Origin: Verrucomicrobiota bacterium
GTDB taxonomy: Bacteria; Verrucomicrobiota; Verrucomicrobiia; Limisphaerales; AAA164-E04
Direction: 5' to 3'
Length of the DNA: 64,000 bases
NCBI GenBank assembly: GCA_047947115.1
Contig: CP170459.1
Location: forward strand, 2,688,001 to 2,752,000
Part shown: one piece after another, positions 1-11,569 of the stretch
Layout of the letters: the number at the start of each line of letters is the position of its first letter
Position numbering within the stretch: position 1 is the stretch's first letter
The notes under the pieces: model-generated
Told to the model about the DNA's origin: nothing
Seen by the model: the letters and a program-made list of their open reading frames with translations, nothing else
The model's database searches: none
Program-made: the position numbers and the translations under genes

Positions 1-247
1 ATTCCTTTACCTGATACCGGTTTCTGTGTTCAAATGGAACTACCACTCTGTTAGGTGAGCTTTTATGAAGATGTTGCGGATCTTGTTGCTTGTCAGTAGG
101 ATGCAGGCGGTGGATTGGGGGTTGTGCGCTTGAATGCATCCTACTCGAAGTCACCGATCATGGATTGCACGGCTTGGCGAAACAGGGGCGTGTGATTTTG
201 GATGCAAGACTGTGAATGACAAAATAAGAATCGTGAGTGACGAACCA

Positions 248-1540
248 ATGAGTTTAAGAGCCCTTTCATCGGGGTGGTTGGGATTTTTTCTGACTTTTTT
301 TGGAGTTAACTTCTGGACCTGCAGTTTGCACGCGGATTCCGAAGCACGGTATCGGGTGGTTGTTTCCACTGATATTGGAGGGACGGATCCGGATGATATT
401 CAGTCCATGGTGCATTTGTTGCTGTATGCCGATCGGTTAGATCTGGAGGGAATTGTTTCGTCCCCTTATGGGCCAGGACGTCGGGAACATATTCTGAAGG
501 TGATTGATGCTTACGAGCTGGATCATCCTCGTTTGCTAACCCATTCCGAACGTTTTCCTTCGCCCGATACCCTGCGAGGTATCACGCGACAAGGTGCGAT
601 CCATACACCCGGCCAGTCGGGCATTGCCGAGACGACGGAGGGTTCGGATTGGATTGTTCAGCGCGCGCGGCATCCGGATCCTCGACCCTTACATCTGCTT
701 GTGTGGGGCGGTATTGAAGACCTGGCTCAGGCCTTGCATGATGCGCCCGATATTTTGCCAAAACTGCGTGTTTACTGGATCGGTGGGCCGAACAAGAAGT
801 GGAGTGTCGACGCCTACAACTATATCGAACAACATCACCCCACACTGCGCATCATTGAAGCCAACGCGACCTATCGAGGTTGGTTTGTGGGGGGGAATCA
901 AAGGTCACCGTGGGACAATGAGAGTTTTGTTCGGTTACATGTCGCCGGGCATGGAGCCTTGGGAGATCATTTTGTAAGGGCCAAGGATTCCCTGAAGATG
1001 GGCGATTCTCCATCGGTGGGCTGGTTGTTGCACGGGGATCCTGGCGATCCTTCCCAGCCAGGATGGGGCGGTCGCTTTGTGCGTATCTGGGATGACCGGA
1101 AATCAGTCTTTTATCAGCCGACCACCGAAGCGGATGTGGTGGAAGCCTTCGGTGTGACCGAATTCGTTTTACCCAAGCCGGAGGGTTACACTTCCGAACA
1201 CCGAGCCATCATGGTTTTCGATAACGGTCGACCTCCATCCGTCGGTGTGGACGAAGGCAAGGCCTTGCGATTTCGTTTTTCACCCAGAGACGCCAAGGTC
1301 TGGACTTATGTGATTGAAAGTGATTTTCCAGCGTTGGATGGAATGTCCGCAAAATTGGATGCTCAACCTGCTTCCATTGAAAAAACCAGCCGCGCTTCGA
1401 AACGCCATCCCAACTGGTGGATTGATGATCCGGATCCGGATCAGGCGGAAGGCGTACATCCCGGAGCCAGAAGTGTCAATCGATGGCGCGAAGATTTCCT
1501 GTCCGATTTTGCCAAACGCCTGGATTGGTGTTTACAGTGA
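248..1540 (+). CDS. DUF1593 (Sde182-like, nucleoside-hydrolase-like fold) exported protein
   Basis: ORF 134..1540, likely start ATG 248 before a signal-like segment. Motifs VSTDIGGTDPDDIQSMVHLLLYAD, LVWGG, KMGDSPS and PGWGGRF are typical of DUF1593. Confidence 0.8.
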   Translation: MSLRALSSGWLGFFLTFFGVNFWTCSLHADSEARYRVVVSTDIGGTDPDDIQSMVHLLLYADRLDLEGIVSSPYGPGRREHILKVIDAYELDHPRLLTHSERFPSPDTLRGITRQGAIHTPGQSGIAETTEGSDWIVQRARHPDPRPLHLLVWGGIEDLAQALHDAPDILPKLRVYWIGGPNKKWSVDAYNYIEQHHPTLRIIEANATYRGWFVGGNQRSPWDNESFVRLHVAGHGALGDHFVRAKDSLKMGDSPSVGWLLHGDPGDPSQPGWGGRFVRIWDDRKSVFYQPTTEADVVEAFGVTEFVLPKPEGYTSEHRAIMVFDNGRPPSVGVDEGKALRFRFSPRDAKVWTYVIESDFPALDGMSAKLDAQPASIEKTSRASKRHPNWWIDDPDPDQAEGVHPGARSVNRWREDFLSDFAKRLDWCLQ

Positions 1541-1706
1541 TTGCAAAGGTTAACAGTAATCCTCCTTATAGATGTGAATAGAAGCGTATGTCGTCTTTTA
1601 CTGTTTTTACAAATGAAGGACGTCATTGAACGATTTTTAGCTCAATTTCTTGTCTGCGTGTCATTCGTTGATAAGATGATGTTCACACCCTGTAATTGAC
1701 GATTAA

Positions 1707-3134
1707 GTGATGAAATGGATTTCTCAACTCACGCTGGTGGCAGTGTTGTTTGCTTTTGGTAGTGGTTCCGTTGTTGCAAAAGAGCGCTTGTTTGTTCTGA
1801 CGGATATTGAGAACGAACCGGACGATGCGCAGTCCATGGTTCGGTTGCTGACCTATGCCAATCACTTTGATATCGAAGGTCTGGTGGCCACCACTTCTAT
1901 CCATCAGCGTGATCAGACTGCGGCCTGGCGTATTCGGGAAATTGTGGATGCTTACCGGAAGGTGCAGGCGAATCTCAGTCTGCACGAACCGGGTTATCCC
2001 ACCGCCGATGCTCTGCTTTCGGTTTTGCGCGAAGGGCGGCCTGATTACGGCATGAACGCCGTTGGGGAGGGGATGGATTCCTCCGGTTCGGATTGGCTGA
2101 TCGAGGTGGCAGACCGGGATGAGGATCGTCCTTTGTGGGTCACGGTCTGGGGTGGTCCCAATGTGTTGGCGCAGGCGCTCTGGAAAGTGCGCGCCACGCG
2201 TTCAGTTGAAGAACTTGCGAAGTTTGTGGCCAGGTTGAGGGTGTACACCATTTCCGATCAGGACAACACTGGACCCTGGATTCGCAAGACCTTTCCCGAT
2301 CTCTTTTACATCGCCAGTCCGGGCATGCATACAGGTGGTGCATATCATCATGCCACTTGGAGCGGCATCAGTGGGGACAAATTTCATGCGCGATTTACCG
2401 GAGCGGATTTCAGTTTGGTGAACAACTATTGGGTGGATCACAACATTCGCCGTCATAAAGGTCCACTCGGAGCGGAGTATCCGCGTATCGAATTTCTCAT
2501 GGAAGGCGATACCCCCAGTTTTCTGGGCTTGGTCGAGAATGGATTGAACACACCCGGCAAACCACATTGGGGAAGTTGGGGAGGGCGTTATGAGTTCTAC
2601 ACTCCACGTTATCAGCGATGGCATCAGGAGCCGGAGACTCGTCCCTTCTGGACCAATGCGGAAGATGAGGTCATGGGAGTGGATGGTAACTGGCACCAGA
2701 CGAATCATGCCACCATCTGGCGATGGCGTTCCGCATATCAGAATGATTTTGCAGCGCGGATGAACTGGGGGACGCAATCTTACGAAGAAGCAAATCATCC
2801 TCCGGTGGTGAAGTTGGGTCATTCAAACGAACTCAAGGCATCCAAAGGTGATAGCGTTCGACTTAGCGCCGAGGGCTCTACGGATCCTGATGGAGATGCA
2901 CTCTCTTACAACTGGTTTTACTATCCGGAAGTCGGTACGTTCACCACATCCAGCGGAACCAGTGGGCAACCCGTTAAGATCAAGAACTTCGATCAAAGAG
3001 ACGCTTCGTTCGTTGTTCCGAGCGGACGTGTGATGCCACCTGGAACAGGGACGATGCACATCATCCTGGAAGTCACGGATCATGGCTCGCCACGGTTGAC
3101 GCGATATGGACGAGTGATTGTGAATGTAGAATAG
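1707..3134 (+). CDS. DUF1593 exported protein with C-terminal Ig/PKD-like domain
   Basis: Signal peptide; [56 protein letters not shown]-terminal SxDPDGDAL...[10 protein letters not shown]. Confidence 0.85.
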   Translation: MMKWISQLTLVAVLFAFGSGSVVAKERLFVLTDIENEPDDAQSMVRLLTYANHFDIEGLVATTSIHQRDQTAAWRIREIVDAYRKVQANLSLHEPGYPTADALLSVLREGRPDYGMNAVGEGMDSSGSDWLIEVADRDEDRPLWVTVWGGPNVLAQALWKVRATRSVEELAKFVARLRVYTISDQDNTGPWIRKTFPDLFYIASPGMHTGGAYHHATWSGISGDKFHARFTGADFSLVNNYWVDHNIRRHKGPLGAEYPRIEFLMEGDTPSFLGLVENGLNTPGKPHWGSWGGRYEFYTPRYQRWHQEPETRPFWTNAEDEVMGVDGNWHQTNHATIWRWRSAYQNDFAARMNWGTQSYEEANHPPVVKLGHSNELKASKGDSVRLSAEGSTDPDGDALSYNWFYYPEVGTFTTSSGTSGQPVKIKNFDQRDASFVVPSGRVMPPGTGTMHIILEVTDHGSPRLTRYGRVIVNVE

Positions 3135-3341
3135 GAAGTTTTCAATGGTGGTCACGCAGTCAGGATCTTACCGATATTTCCGCTAGTGTCAGCTATGCGG
3201 TTGTTGGGATGGCGGATGCGGTAAGGATTTCCCTCGTGAGGTGAGATGCAGGGTAGGGATATCCTAAGGTTTGCGCGCCGAGACGCCACGCTCTACCTGC
3301 TAGGACCATTCATTCACTATTCACTATTTTAAATTCACCAT

Positions 3342-4826
3342 TTAAACCTCTTCCCATCCTCGTGATCGGCTGAGTGCTTTTTGCCAACCTGCGGTGAGGG
3401 ATTTGACTTGTTTGGTGTTCATGCCGGGATTGAATTGTGCGTCCACCTGCCATTGCTTTGAAATATCCGCCTTATCTTTCCAATAGCCGACCGCGAGTCC
3501 GGCCAGATAGGCTGCGCCAAGCGCCGTGGTTTCGGACACTTTGGGGCGTAACACGGGAACTCCGAGCAGATCTGATTGGAACTGCATGAGCAGGTTGTTC
3601 ATGGAGGCTCCACCATCGACACGAAGTTCGGTAAGGTTTAATCCTGCATCCTTTTCCATGGCTTTGACGACGTCACCCACTTGATAGGCTATGCCTTCCA
3701 ATGCGGCGCGTGCTATGTGTCCGGCGTTGCTGCCACGGGTGAGTCCGACGATGGCACCACGCGCATACTGGTCCCAGTGCGGCGCTCCGAGTCCGGCAAA
3801 TGCAGGCACCAGATAAACACCGCCGTTGTCCTTGACTGATTTTGCGAGCGTTTCGATGTCGGCGGATTTCCGGATCAAACCAAGCTCGTCGCGCAGCCAT
3901 TGTGTGACGGCTCCTGCAATGAAAATGCTGCCTTCCAGAGCATATTCGGTTTCCTTTCCGATTTTCCAGGCTACCGTCGAGAGCAGATTGTTCTTTGAAA
4001 TCTTGGGGCGGTTGCCGGTATGCATGAGCATGAAACAACCGGTGCCGTACGTGTTTTTTACCATGCCAGGAGAGGAACAGGCCTGACCAAACAGAGCCGC
4101 CTGTTGATCCCCTGCGATACCTGCCACCGGAATGCTGCCTCCCAGAACGCTGGTTTCGAAATACACTTCGCTGGAAGAACGGACCTCGGGCAGCATGGAC
4201 CGCGGCACTTCAAAGAGTTCCAGCAGGGAGTCATCCCAGTCACCTTTTTTCAAATTGAACAGGAGCGTGCGGCTTGCGTTGGTGGCGTCTGTAAAATGAT
4301 GCTGACCGTTTGAGAGCTTCCATAACAGCCAGGTGTCCACCGTGCCAAAGGCGAGGCGACCGTTATTGGCAAGTTTCCTGGCACCTTTGACGTTCTCGAG
4401 GATCCACCGGACTTTTGTGCCCGAAAAATATGCATCTAATACGAGACCGGTATTTTTTTGAATCATGCCTGAAAGCCCCGAGTCACGCAGTTCGTCGCAG
4501 AATTTTGAAGTTCGCCGGTCCTGCCAGACAATGGCATTGTGGATGGGTTCGCCGGTTTCACGATCCCAGACGATGGTGGTTTCTCGCTGATTGGTGATGC
4601 CGATGCCTGCGATGTCTTTGGGGCTCAGTCCGGCTTGTCGTAAGGCTCGTTTGGCGACCTGCAACTGGCTGCTCCAGATTTCCTGCGGATCATGTTCGAC
4701 CCAGCCGGGTTTTGGGTATATCTGTTCGAATTCCTTTTGTGCGACAGCCTTGATGCTTCCTTTTTTATCAAAGACGATGGCGCGGGAACTGGTTGTTCCC
4801 TGGTCAAATGCGAGAATGTATTTCAT
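3342..4826 (-). CDS. glpK: Glycerol kinase
   Basis: [52 protein letters not shown] and LRVDGGA are FGGY/GlpK signatures. Confidence 0.97.
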   Translation of the reverse strand: MKYILAFDQGTTSSRAIVFDKKGSIKAVAQKEFEQIYPKPGWVEHDPQEIWSSQLQVAKRALRQAGLSPKDIAGIGITNQRETTIVWDRETGEPIHNAIVWQDRRTSKFCDELRDSGLSGMIQKNTGLVLDAYFSGTKVRWILENVKGARKLANNGRLAFGTVDTWLLWKLSNGQHHFTDATNASRTLLFNLKKGDWDDSLLELFEVPRSMLPEVRSSSEVYFETSVLGGSIPVAGIAGDQQAALFGQACSSPGMVKNTYGTGCFMLMHTGNRPKISKNNLLSTVAWKIGKETEYALEGSIFIAGAVTQWLRDELGLIRKSADIETLAKSVKDNGGVYLVPAFAGLGAPHWDQYARGAIVGLTRGSNAGHIARAALEGIAYQVGDVVKAMEKDAGLNLTELRVDGGASMNNLLMQFQSDLLGVPVLRPKVSETTALGAAYLAGLAVGYWKDKADISKQWQVDAQFNPGMNTKQVKSLTAGWQKALSRSRGWEEV

Positions 4827-4851
4827 GCGATAATGATGCGTTGAGTTGATT

Positions 4852-5592
4852 TCAGGCTGTGACCCAAAGGAGTTTGTAAACAACTGCGCCTATGATGCCG
4901 CCGATAATCGGTCCCACCACTGGAATCCAGGCATATGACCAGTCGTTGTCACCTTTCCCTGGAATGGGAAGGATGGCGTGGGCAATTCTTGGCCCCAGGT
5001 CCCTGGCCGGGTTGATGGCATAGCCTGTCGGACCGCCGAGCGAAAGCCCGATCGAAAACACCAGTAATCCAACCAAAAGCGGGCCCATTCCAGAGTCAAA
5101 ACCTGAACCGGCAACGAGGTTGTCCGGACGCAATATCGTGAGGACACCAAGCACCAGAACGAAAGTGCCGATGATTTCACAGATCAGATTGCTGATTGTG
5201 TTGCGAATGGCAGGTGCGGTGCAGAAGGTGGCGCGTTTTGCATCCTGGTCGGGGGTTTCCTTCCAGTGTGGAAGATAGGTCATCCATACCAGTACCGAAC
5301 CCATCACCGCACCGATTATCTGGGCGAGGATGTAGCCCGGAACCTGCCCCCAGGAAAAGTCTCCCTGGCTGATGGTTGCCATGGCGATCGTTACCGCCGG
5401 GTTCAAATGGGCGCCGCTGATGGCTCCTACCATGTAAACCGCCACCGCCACCGCAAGGCCCCATCCGGCGGTTATGACGATCCAGCCGCCCTGGTGGCTT
5501 TTGGACTTTTGTAGAACAACTCCAGCGACGACACCATTGCCCAGGAGGACAAGGATCATCGTACCGATGATTTCAGCCATGAACAGATTCAT
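4852..5592 (-). CDS. glpF: Glycerol uptake facilitator (MIP aquaglyceroporin)
   Basis: Two NPA motifs ([23 protein letters not shown]), six hydrophobic helices, directly upstream of glpK. Confidence 0.95.
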   Translation of the reverse strand: MNLFMAEIIGTMILVLLGNGVVAGVVLQKSKSHQGGWIVITAGWGLAVAVAVYMVGAISGAHLNPAVTIAMATISQGDFSWGQVPGYILAQIIGAVMGSVLVWMTYLPHWKETPDQDAKRATFCTAPAIRNTISNLICEIIGTFVLVLGVLTILRPDNLVAGSGFDSGMGPLLVGLLVFSIGLSLGGPTGYAINPARDLGPRIAHAILPIPGKGDNDWSYAWIPVVGPIIGGIIGAVVYKLLWVTA

Positions 5593-5697
5593 AAGGGATG
5601 GGGGCAGCGTATGGGATGGGTCATAGCCGGGCAAGCGCAATCATTGGCAAGTTTCCAGCATTGATCCCTCCAGGGCTTTTGTTTCATACTGACCCGA

Positions 5698-7347
5698 ATG
5701 GACTCGACCATCACACCTGAACAAGTGCGGATATTCACCATCCTGGTGCGTATCGGATTCTTCTGTGGTGTGGCCTGGGTGTTGTGGATGTTGATTGTCA
5801 AGAATGCCGACGTCCGCAAAAGCAACAAGGCGGTCAAGACCCCAAAACTTCAGCGTGTCAGGTTGGTGAGTTGGGTTTTGGTCTTCGCGTTCATGGGGAT
5901 TCTGGTTTACCAGGCAACCTGGCAGCTGGGCGGATTTCTGCGGCCTCGATTTCTGGCTTTCATGCAAAAACATGACCGTCGAAAGTTTAACCCTGCCCTT
6001 CAGGTACAGCGGGGCATCCTCTTTGACCGAAATGGCGCCCCGTTGGTCGAGAATCAAAAAAAGGACGGCATGGTAGAACGTCGGTATCCTTTGGGGCCGG
6101 CGGCGGCTCATCTCGTGGGGTATTTTGATCGGGTGTTTGGAGTGAATGGACTGGAGGCCATCGCCGATCCCGTGCTTTCCGGTCTCCAGGATATCTCAAC
6201 GGATGACTGGGAATCAGTCAGCAAAAAACTGCTGACTCGAAAGAAAATTCCCCAGGGCAAAAACCTCAAACTCACGCTGGATGCCAGATTGCAGCAAAGT
6301 ATTTACGCACAGCTGGCAGCGGGCCGATATGGCAACTCGGCCAAGCCGGCGGCCGGACAGCCATATCGTGGGGCCGTGGTGGTGTTGGATGTCCGTGATG
6401 GATCTGTTCTTGCGGCATGCAGTGCCCCTTCTTTTGATCCCAACAAGCTGTCTCGAACCACTTTTTCAAACCCGCAATCCGGGTCGCCTTTGTTCAATCG
6501 GGCGTTGCGCGGGCTTTATCCTCCCGGCTCCGTTTTTAAAGTCGCCATCGGTTCGTATTATCTGGAAAAGACACTTTTGGGGGCGGGGTATCCTCTGACC
6601 ATTGACTGCGGTTCTGAATATCGCACCCCGGACGGGCAAGGAATTATCCGTGATCTCAGTTATTACAGCTATCAGGCCCGAGGCAAGGAATGGCCGGGCT
6701 TTGGGGTGATCGATTTGGGGACGGCCATCGAACAATCCTGTAATGTTTATTTTGCACAGGTAGGGGTGACGATCGGCAAGGATGGATTCGACTGGTTGCG
6801 GCGTCTGATGCGATTTGATCAATCATTGAATTTGTATGAAGGACCTCTGGACCGTTTGGAGTCGGCCGTTTCACGGTTTCCGGAATTGTCTCTCAACGAT
6901 TCCTTCAGCATGGCGTTGATGGGGATTGGGCAGGGTGAGTTGATGGTGACTCCCATACACATGGCCATGGTGGCTGCTGCGGTTGCCAACAATGGGTTGT
7001 TGATGGAACCCCGTCTGACTTTTCAGCAACCGCTGAAAGAGTTGGGGCGTGCGATGAGCGAACGAACGGCGATTCATATGCGTGAGATGATGGCACGCGT
7101 TGTGACTGACGGAACCGCCGAAAAAGCGTTTGAAGGATTCTACATGACAGCCGGAGGCAAAACCGGCTCCGCGCAAAATCCGTTGGGTGATTCACACGCA
7201 TGGTTCATAGGTTACGCACCAGTCGAACGTCCGCAAATCGCTGTGAGTGTTGTCGTGGAGAACGGAGGATACGGAGGCAGTACCGCAGCGCCTATTGCCC
7301 GTCATGCCATGGATCAGGCTGTGCGGTTGAATTTGGTTCGGCCGTGA
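5698..7347 (+). CDS. Class B penicillin-binding protein (PbpA/PBP2-like transpeptidase)
   Basis: N-terminal TM segments; RGILFDRNG, RRYPLG; catalytic motifs SxxK (PPGSVFK), SxN (SCN) and KTG (GKTGSAQ). Confidence 0.9.
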   Translation: MDSTITPEQVRIFTILVRIGFFCGVAWVLWMLIVKNADVRKSNKAVKTPKLQRVRLVSWVLVFAFMGILVYQATWQLGGFLRPRFLAFMQKHDRRKFNPALQVQRGILFDRNGAPLVENQKKDGMVERRYPLGPAAAHLVGYFDRVFGVNGLEAIADPVLSGLQDISTDDWESVSKKLLTRKKIPQGKNLKLTLDARLQQSIYAQLAAGRYGNSAKPAAGQPYRGAVVVLDVRDGSVLAACSAPSFDPNKLSRTTFSNPQSGSPLFNRALRGLYPPGSVFKVAIGSYYLEKTLLGAGYPLTIDCGSEYRTPDGQGIIRDLSYYSYQARGKEWPGFGVIDLGTAIEQSCNVYFAQVGVTIGKDGFDWLRRLMRFDQSLNLYEGPLDRLESAVSRFPELSLNDSFSMALMGIGQGELMVTPIHMAMVAAAVANNGLLMEPRLTFQQPLKELGRAMSERTAIHMREMMARVVTDGTAEKAFEGFYMTAGGKTGSAQNPLGDSHAWFIGYAPVERPQIAVSVVVENGGYGGSTAAPIARHAMDQAVRLNLVRP

Positions 7348-7450
7348 ATGGATGCATGGTGAAGTAGCATCACGACTTGAGGGCAGGTAAGTCCCCGATA
7401 TCATTGGGATCCCGAACTGCCCGCTGCGGTTGTCGGGGGTGATACGCCTG

Positions 7451-8173
7451 TTATCTTCCCAAAGGAAGTCGTTCTGCCAGGCGTTCCGGGAGTCCGGCCT
7501 CGCGGATTTTGCGCATGGTGGTTTCCATGTCGTAATCCAGACGGCGGAGTTCGATGGTGCTTTCTTTGAGATCGAAGATCACGTAGGTGGCTTTAGGGAC
7601 ACCGTCACGTGACTGGCCGACGCTGCCGACGTTGACAAAATATTTTTTGCCCGGTTCCACCTTGAATTTGGAATAAGTGCCACCACGGATGGTGGTGTCC
7701 CGGACGAAAGCGACGGGCACATGGGTGTGGCCGAAGAAACACACTTTGGTGTTTTGGTAGGTGAAACTGGATGCGGCTTCGAGTTTGTTGAATACGTAAC
7801 CCCAACGTTCTGGAGCGTCTAAAGTGGCATGGACAATGGAAAAATTGGCCACCAGTCTGAAATACTTCAGTTCGCGTAACCAGGTGCGATCGTCCTCCGT
7901 GAGTTTGTCCTGGGTCCACTCGATGGCAGCTTTGGCGTGGGGGTTGAATCCCTCCAGATCCCCCTCCATGGAGCAATATTCATCATGGTTGCCTTTCACA
8001 CAGGGCATGCCCATTTCTCGGACGATGTCCAGGCATTCCTTGGGATTTGCGTTATAGCCAACAACGTCGCCTAAGCAGGCGTAATGTGTACATTCATTCG
8101 CTTCGGCATCTTTCAATACCGTTTGGAACGCTTCCAAATTCCCGTGGATGTCTGCGATGATCGCGTATTTCAT
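7451..8173 (-). CDS. Metallophosphoesterase (calcineurin-like, YfcE family)
   Basis: DIHGN, CLGDVVGY, KGNHD, GHTH and NVGSVGQ motifs. Confidence 0.92.
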   Translation of the reverse strand: MKYAIIADIHGNLEAFQTVLKDAEANECTHYACLGDVVGYNANPKECLDIVREMGMPCVKGNHDEYCSMEGDLEGFNPHAKAAIEWTQDKLTEDDRTWLRELKYFRLVANFSIVHATLDAPERWGYVFNKLEAASSFTYQNTKVCFFGHTHVPVAFVRDTTIRGGTYSKFKVEPGKKYFVNVGSVGQSRDGVPKATYVIFDLKESTIELRRLDYDMETTMRKIREAGLPERLAERLPLGR

Positions 8174-8200
8174 TACCTGTTTTGTCCCAATAAAATCAAA

Positions 8201-8491
8201 TTATCGTGTGATCTCAAACCCTCTGAGTTCACCGGTCGCCTCTGACCAATGGCATGATTCGTCCCGAATCATGGGGCCGAGCCCCGAATCCCTCACTGCC
8301 TGCATGAACGCTTCCAGTTCTTCCTTTTCACCTTCCATGACCAGTTCAACCTGACCATTGGTCAAATTCCGGACTGTTCCAGTGGCGTCAAACCCCGGAG
8401 CCAGGGATTTTACCGAATATCGGAAACCGACTCCCTGGACGCGTCCGGTATACAGAACTGTTGCCCTGCAAGCATTTGGATCCGTCATCAT
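8201..8491 (-). CDS. acyP: Acylphosphatase
   Basis: GRVQGVGFR and GTVRNLxNGxVE signatures, 96 aa. Confidence 0.92.
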   Translation of the reverse strand: MMTDPNACRATVLYTGRVQGVGFRYSVKSLAPGFDATGTVRNLTNGQVELVMEGEKEELEAFMQAVRDSGLGPMIRDESCHWSEATGELRGFEITR

Positions 8492-8659
8492 CTTGCCATA
8501 TATTCAGATGGCCATCATCTTACAAAGCTTAACAGCTTCGCCAATTGACCGCAGGAATCAAGCCATATTTACGCCTAATGAGGCAATGATTTTCTTTGAG
8601 AAGTCCAAAATTCCATCTGGAGCAGGTTTTTGTCTCGTTTTCAGCTCAGTCAGCAGGGG

Positions 8660-11569
8660 TTATGATTTCGGCTTTTTGATGTTCTTTCGCTTGGCCGCCA
8701 ACAGACGACTGGCCATGGATCCATCTCCTTCACCGCTTTCACCTGCACCAGCGGGTTGATCGGGTTCCGACTTTGCATCGGTACCCTTTCTGGGTGAATC
8801 TTGCGTATTCGGCTGAAAGAATATGTCCGGCGCCATTGATTCATCTGTTTCAGGCGCAAAAAGATCGCTGCGAGGCGTTGGGGCTGTTTGATTGGATTGC
8901 TTCGAACGGATCGCTTCCTTCCTTTTCAACAGGGCTTCCATGGCTTCGTCATGCTTTGTCTGCTGATGTTTGGAACGCATGAAGAAAATATTCTGACGTA
9001 TCCACATCCATGCCCGTTGCAGTTCTTCCCGTTCAAGCTGGATTCGGCGAATGCCAACATCCAATGGAAAGAGCAGGATGGCCGCCATCAATAAATAGGG
9101 CCATAAGTCTCTGGCTTGGAAGGTCCGCTTGCGGTCACGTGAATATGGATTATCCAGGGGATCCGCTGGATCAACCATCACTCCCTGGGCTTCATCGGCC
9201 ATCCGGGCGAGAAGATGTGTATTCGCCTCGCTGCTCAGATATTCGGGAGAGAAGTTGACGCTGGCTCCCACGACTTGCATGCCTTTGATGTCTCCTGATT
9301 CGTATTCGCTGAGGTTGACCGTGTAGGCCCCGATTTCTCTTGCAGGGAACTTGGCTTCGTATCGACCGGGCGAGGTTTGTTCCAGCCGAACATCCTGGGA
9401 TTCGCCTGTTGGACTGACAACTTTGGCGCGCAAATCGAGGAAATTGCGAAATTGTCCTTCCGCATCAATGGCTTCCACGCTGATCGATCCCACGCCTTTG
9501 TCCACCGCGACTTCAGTGGTGAAATCACTGTTTTCCACCCGTCTCAGGCTCCAGCGTGCGATTTGGGTCCAGAATTGTCGGTATTGACTCCATCCCATCC
9601 ACTCATTGGCCCATTTCGGTCGGGCATCGGAAGTGAAGGCGGCGGCGCGACCCAGTCCATACTGCCAGTGAGCAAAAATGGGATCTCCCTGATCGCTGAC
9701 CAGGGGGACTTCGGCGCGGGGTTTGGCCGAACTGCCCACGTAGCCCAGCAGTTGGGGAATGGCATCTCCGGAAATGCCGCGGATGGGTTCGGTTGAGGCG
9801 GTTAATTCCGGTTTGAAGGGATGTTCGATGATGGCGCTTTTAAGGATAACCGAGGATTCCTTCATGAAGATTTGGGGAAGGTTGCCCGGGTTCTGCACTT
9901 CGTAGAAACGTCCATTGCCGTTCTGGGCGATCCATTTCATGGTGTCCGGTCCTGCATGACCGGCAATGAGGATTGTGCTGACCGTGATCTTGTCCGCAAC
10001 CATGTTCTGCATCAGTGCCTGACTGGGCGCTCCTGGATCGCCATCGCTGAAAATGATCATGTGCTTGATATGGGCGCTGGATTTTTTTAAGGCATCGTAG
10101 CCTTGCTCCACGACGCCCTGAAAGCTCGGCAAATCTCCCTGATTCATGCCCATGATCTGTCGACCCATTTCCATTTTGTCACGGACTGGTGTCAGAGGAA
10201 ATAACCATTTTTCAGAGCCATCCCAGAGAATAATGCCCAGTTCGTCCTGTAGAGCCATGGTATTCATGACACCTACCGCGACCTGCCGTGCGATCTTATT
10301 TCCGCCAGGGAATTCCATGCCGTGCATGACCATGACCAGGGCTCCGTTGGGGAGGACCTTTTTACTGCTGAGTTCCATGTCCAGCGGCAAGGTGGTTTCC
10401 AATGGCGTACCTCGATAACCTCCGGCGGCCAGGGATTGATCGCCCCCGATGCAGACCAGTCCCACTCCGAAATCACGCACCGCACTCTGAAGCAGGCGCA
10501 TCTGGTCCATGCTGAAATCTCCCGCAGCGACATTGCTCAGGAAAATGGCATCGTAGCTTTGCAGTTCGGGAAGTGTTTGGGGTAATCCTGTAGGTGGACG
10601 GGTGATGACTTGAATTTGTGAGCTTTCCAGAGCGGCGATGAGGTTCGAGTCGGCAGCCATGTTTTCGGAGATAAGAAGAAGTCTGGGATCTCCCTGAACG
10701 GTGGTGAATCCAATGGCCCGGTTGTTCTGGGCCACGGAATCTCCTTCTGAAATCAATTGGACATCGTAAGTATAGAATCCGGGTTCTGTCAGCATCTGCG
10801 GTACCGCGAACAGGTTCTTACCGGCTTCGAGCCTGACGGGTTCTTCACCGATCAGCTGGTCATTGATGAACAACCTGAGCGTGGCGTCTTCGGGTTGGTC
10901 GGCCGTGGCGAAAATCTTGGCATCAAACGCGGTTCCTTCTTTCAACAAAGTTGGAACGCCGATGCGTTGAACCGAGACATCCTGACCTCGCTGGGTGCCC
11001 ATGGGGTAGACATCCAGACTGACATCCAGGGGAAGCGAGCTTCTTAATGCAGGGAGGGCGTCTCCAAGGTTTTCGTTGCCATCGGTCAGCAGCACAATGC
11101 GTTTCTGTCCAGTCTCCGGAAAAGCTGCGGTTGCCAGTCGAATGGCGGCTCCGATGTCGGTTCTGGATTCGTCGATGACCGATTGCACGGCGGGAAGTTC
11201 GTTACGTTCCAATACCGGTAGTTCCAATGCTGCTTCCCCCCCAAACACCACCACGCCCGCCTTGTCGACCGACTCTTTCATCTCCAGCGTGCGTTGGACG
11301 TATTGAACGGCGTTTTCTTTTTGTGTGGCAGGTATGCTTTCGGAACGATCCAGCAGGTAGATCACGTTCATCCCTTCCAACGGTCGCAACCACTGCAGCC
11401 CCGCCAATGCGAGTAGGACGCTCAGGGTGATGATCAGGCGAATGAACAGTACGGACCAACGGCGCCAGGGACCGATCTGCACATCCGAGTGACGTGCCCA
11501 GTACACCACCCAGGGCAACGCCACAAGGGCGCATGCCAGGAACCACGGATGTGTGAACTGAAAACTCAT
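8660..11569 (-). CDS. Membrane-anchored vWA-domain protein with glutamine-amidotransferase-like domain (BatA-like N-terminus)
   Basis: FTHPWFL N-terminus, MIDAS-type LLDRSES, VLLTDGNEN, second vWA (IIFSDG), WQYGLGRAAAFTSD, C-terminal TM and charged tail. Confidence 0.8.
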   Translation of the reverse strand: MSFQFTHPWFLACALVALPWVVYWARHSDVQIGPWRRWSVLFIRLIITLSVLLALAGLQWLRPLEGMNVIYLLDRSESIPATQKENAVQYVQRTLEMKESVDKAGVVVFGGEAALELPVLERNELPAVQSVIDESRTDIGAAIRLATAAFPETGQKRIVLLTDGNENLGDALPALRSSLPLDVSLDVYPMGTQRGQDVSVQRIGVPTLLKEGTAFDAKIFATADQPEDATLRLFINDQLIGEEPVRLEAGKNLFAVPQMLTEPGFYTYDVQLISEGDSVAQNNRAIGFTTVQGDPRLLLISENMAADSNLIAALESSQIQVITRPPTGLPQTLPELQSYDAIFLSNVAAGDFSMDQMRLLQSAVRDFGVGLVCIGGDQSLAAGGYRGTPLETTLPLDMELSSKKVLPNGALVMVMHGMEFPGGNKIARQVAVGVMNTMALQDELGIILWDGSEKWLFPLTPVRDKMEMGRQIMGMNQGDLPSFQGVVEQGYDALKKSSAHIKHMIIFSDGDPGAPSQALMQNMVADKITVSTILIAGHAGPDTMKWIAQNGNGRFYEVQNPGNLPQIFMKESSVILKSAIIEHPFKPELTASTEPIRGISGDAIPQLLGYVGSSAKPRAEVPLVSDQGDPIFAHWQYGLGRAAAFTSDARPKWANEWMGWSQYRQFWTQIARWSLRRVENSDFTTEVAVDKGVGSISVEAIDAEGQFRNFLDLRAKVVSPTGESQDVRLEQTSPGRYEAKFPAREIGAYTVNLSEYESGDIKGMQVVGASVNFSPEYLSSEANTHLLARMADEAQGVMVDPADPLDNPYSRDRKRTFQARDLWPYLLMAAILLFPLDVGIRRIQLEREELQRAWMWIRQNIFFMRSKHQQTKHDEAMEALLKRKEAIRSKQSNQTAPTPRSDLFAPETDESMAPDIFFQPNTQDSPRKGTDAKSEPDQPAGAGESGEGDGSMASRLLAAKRKNIKKPKS

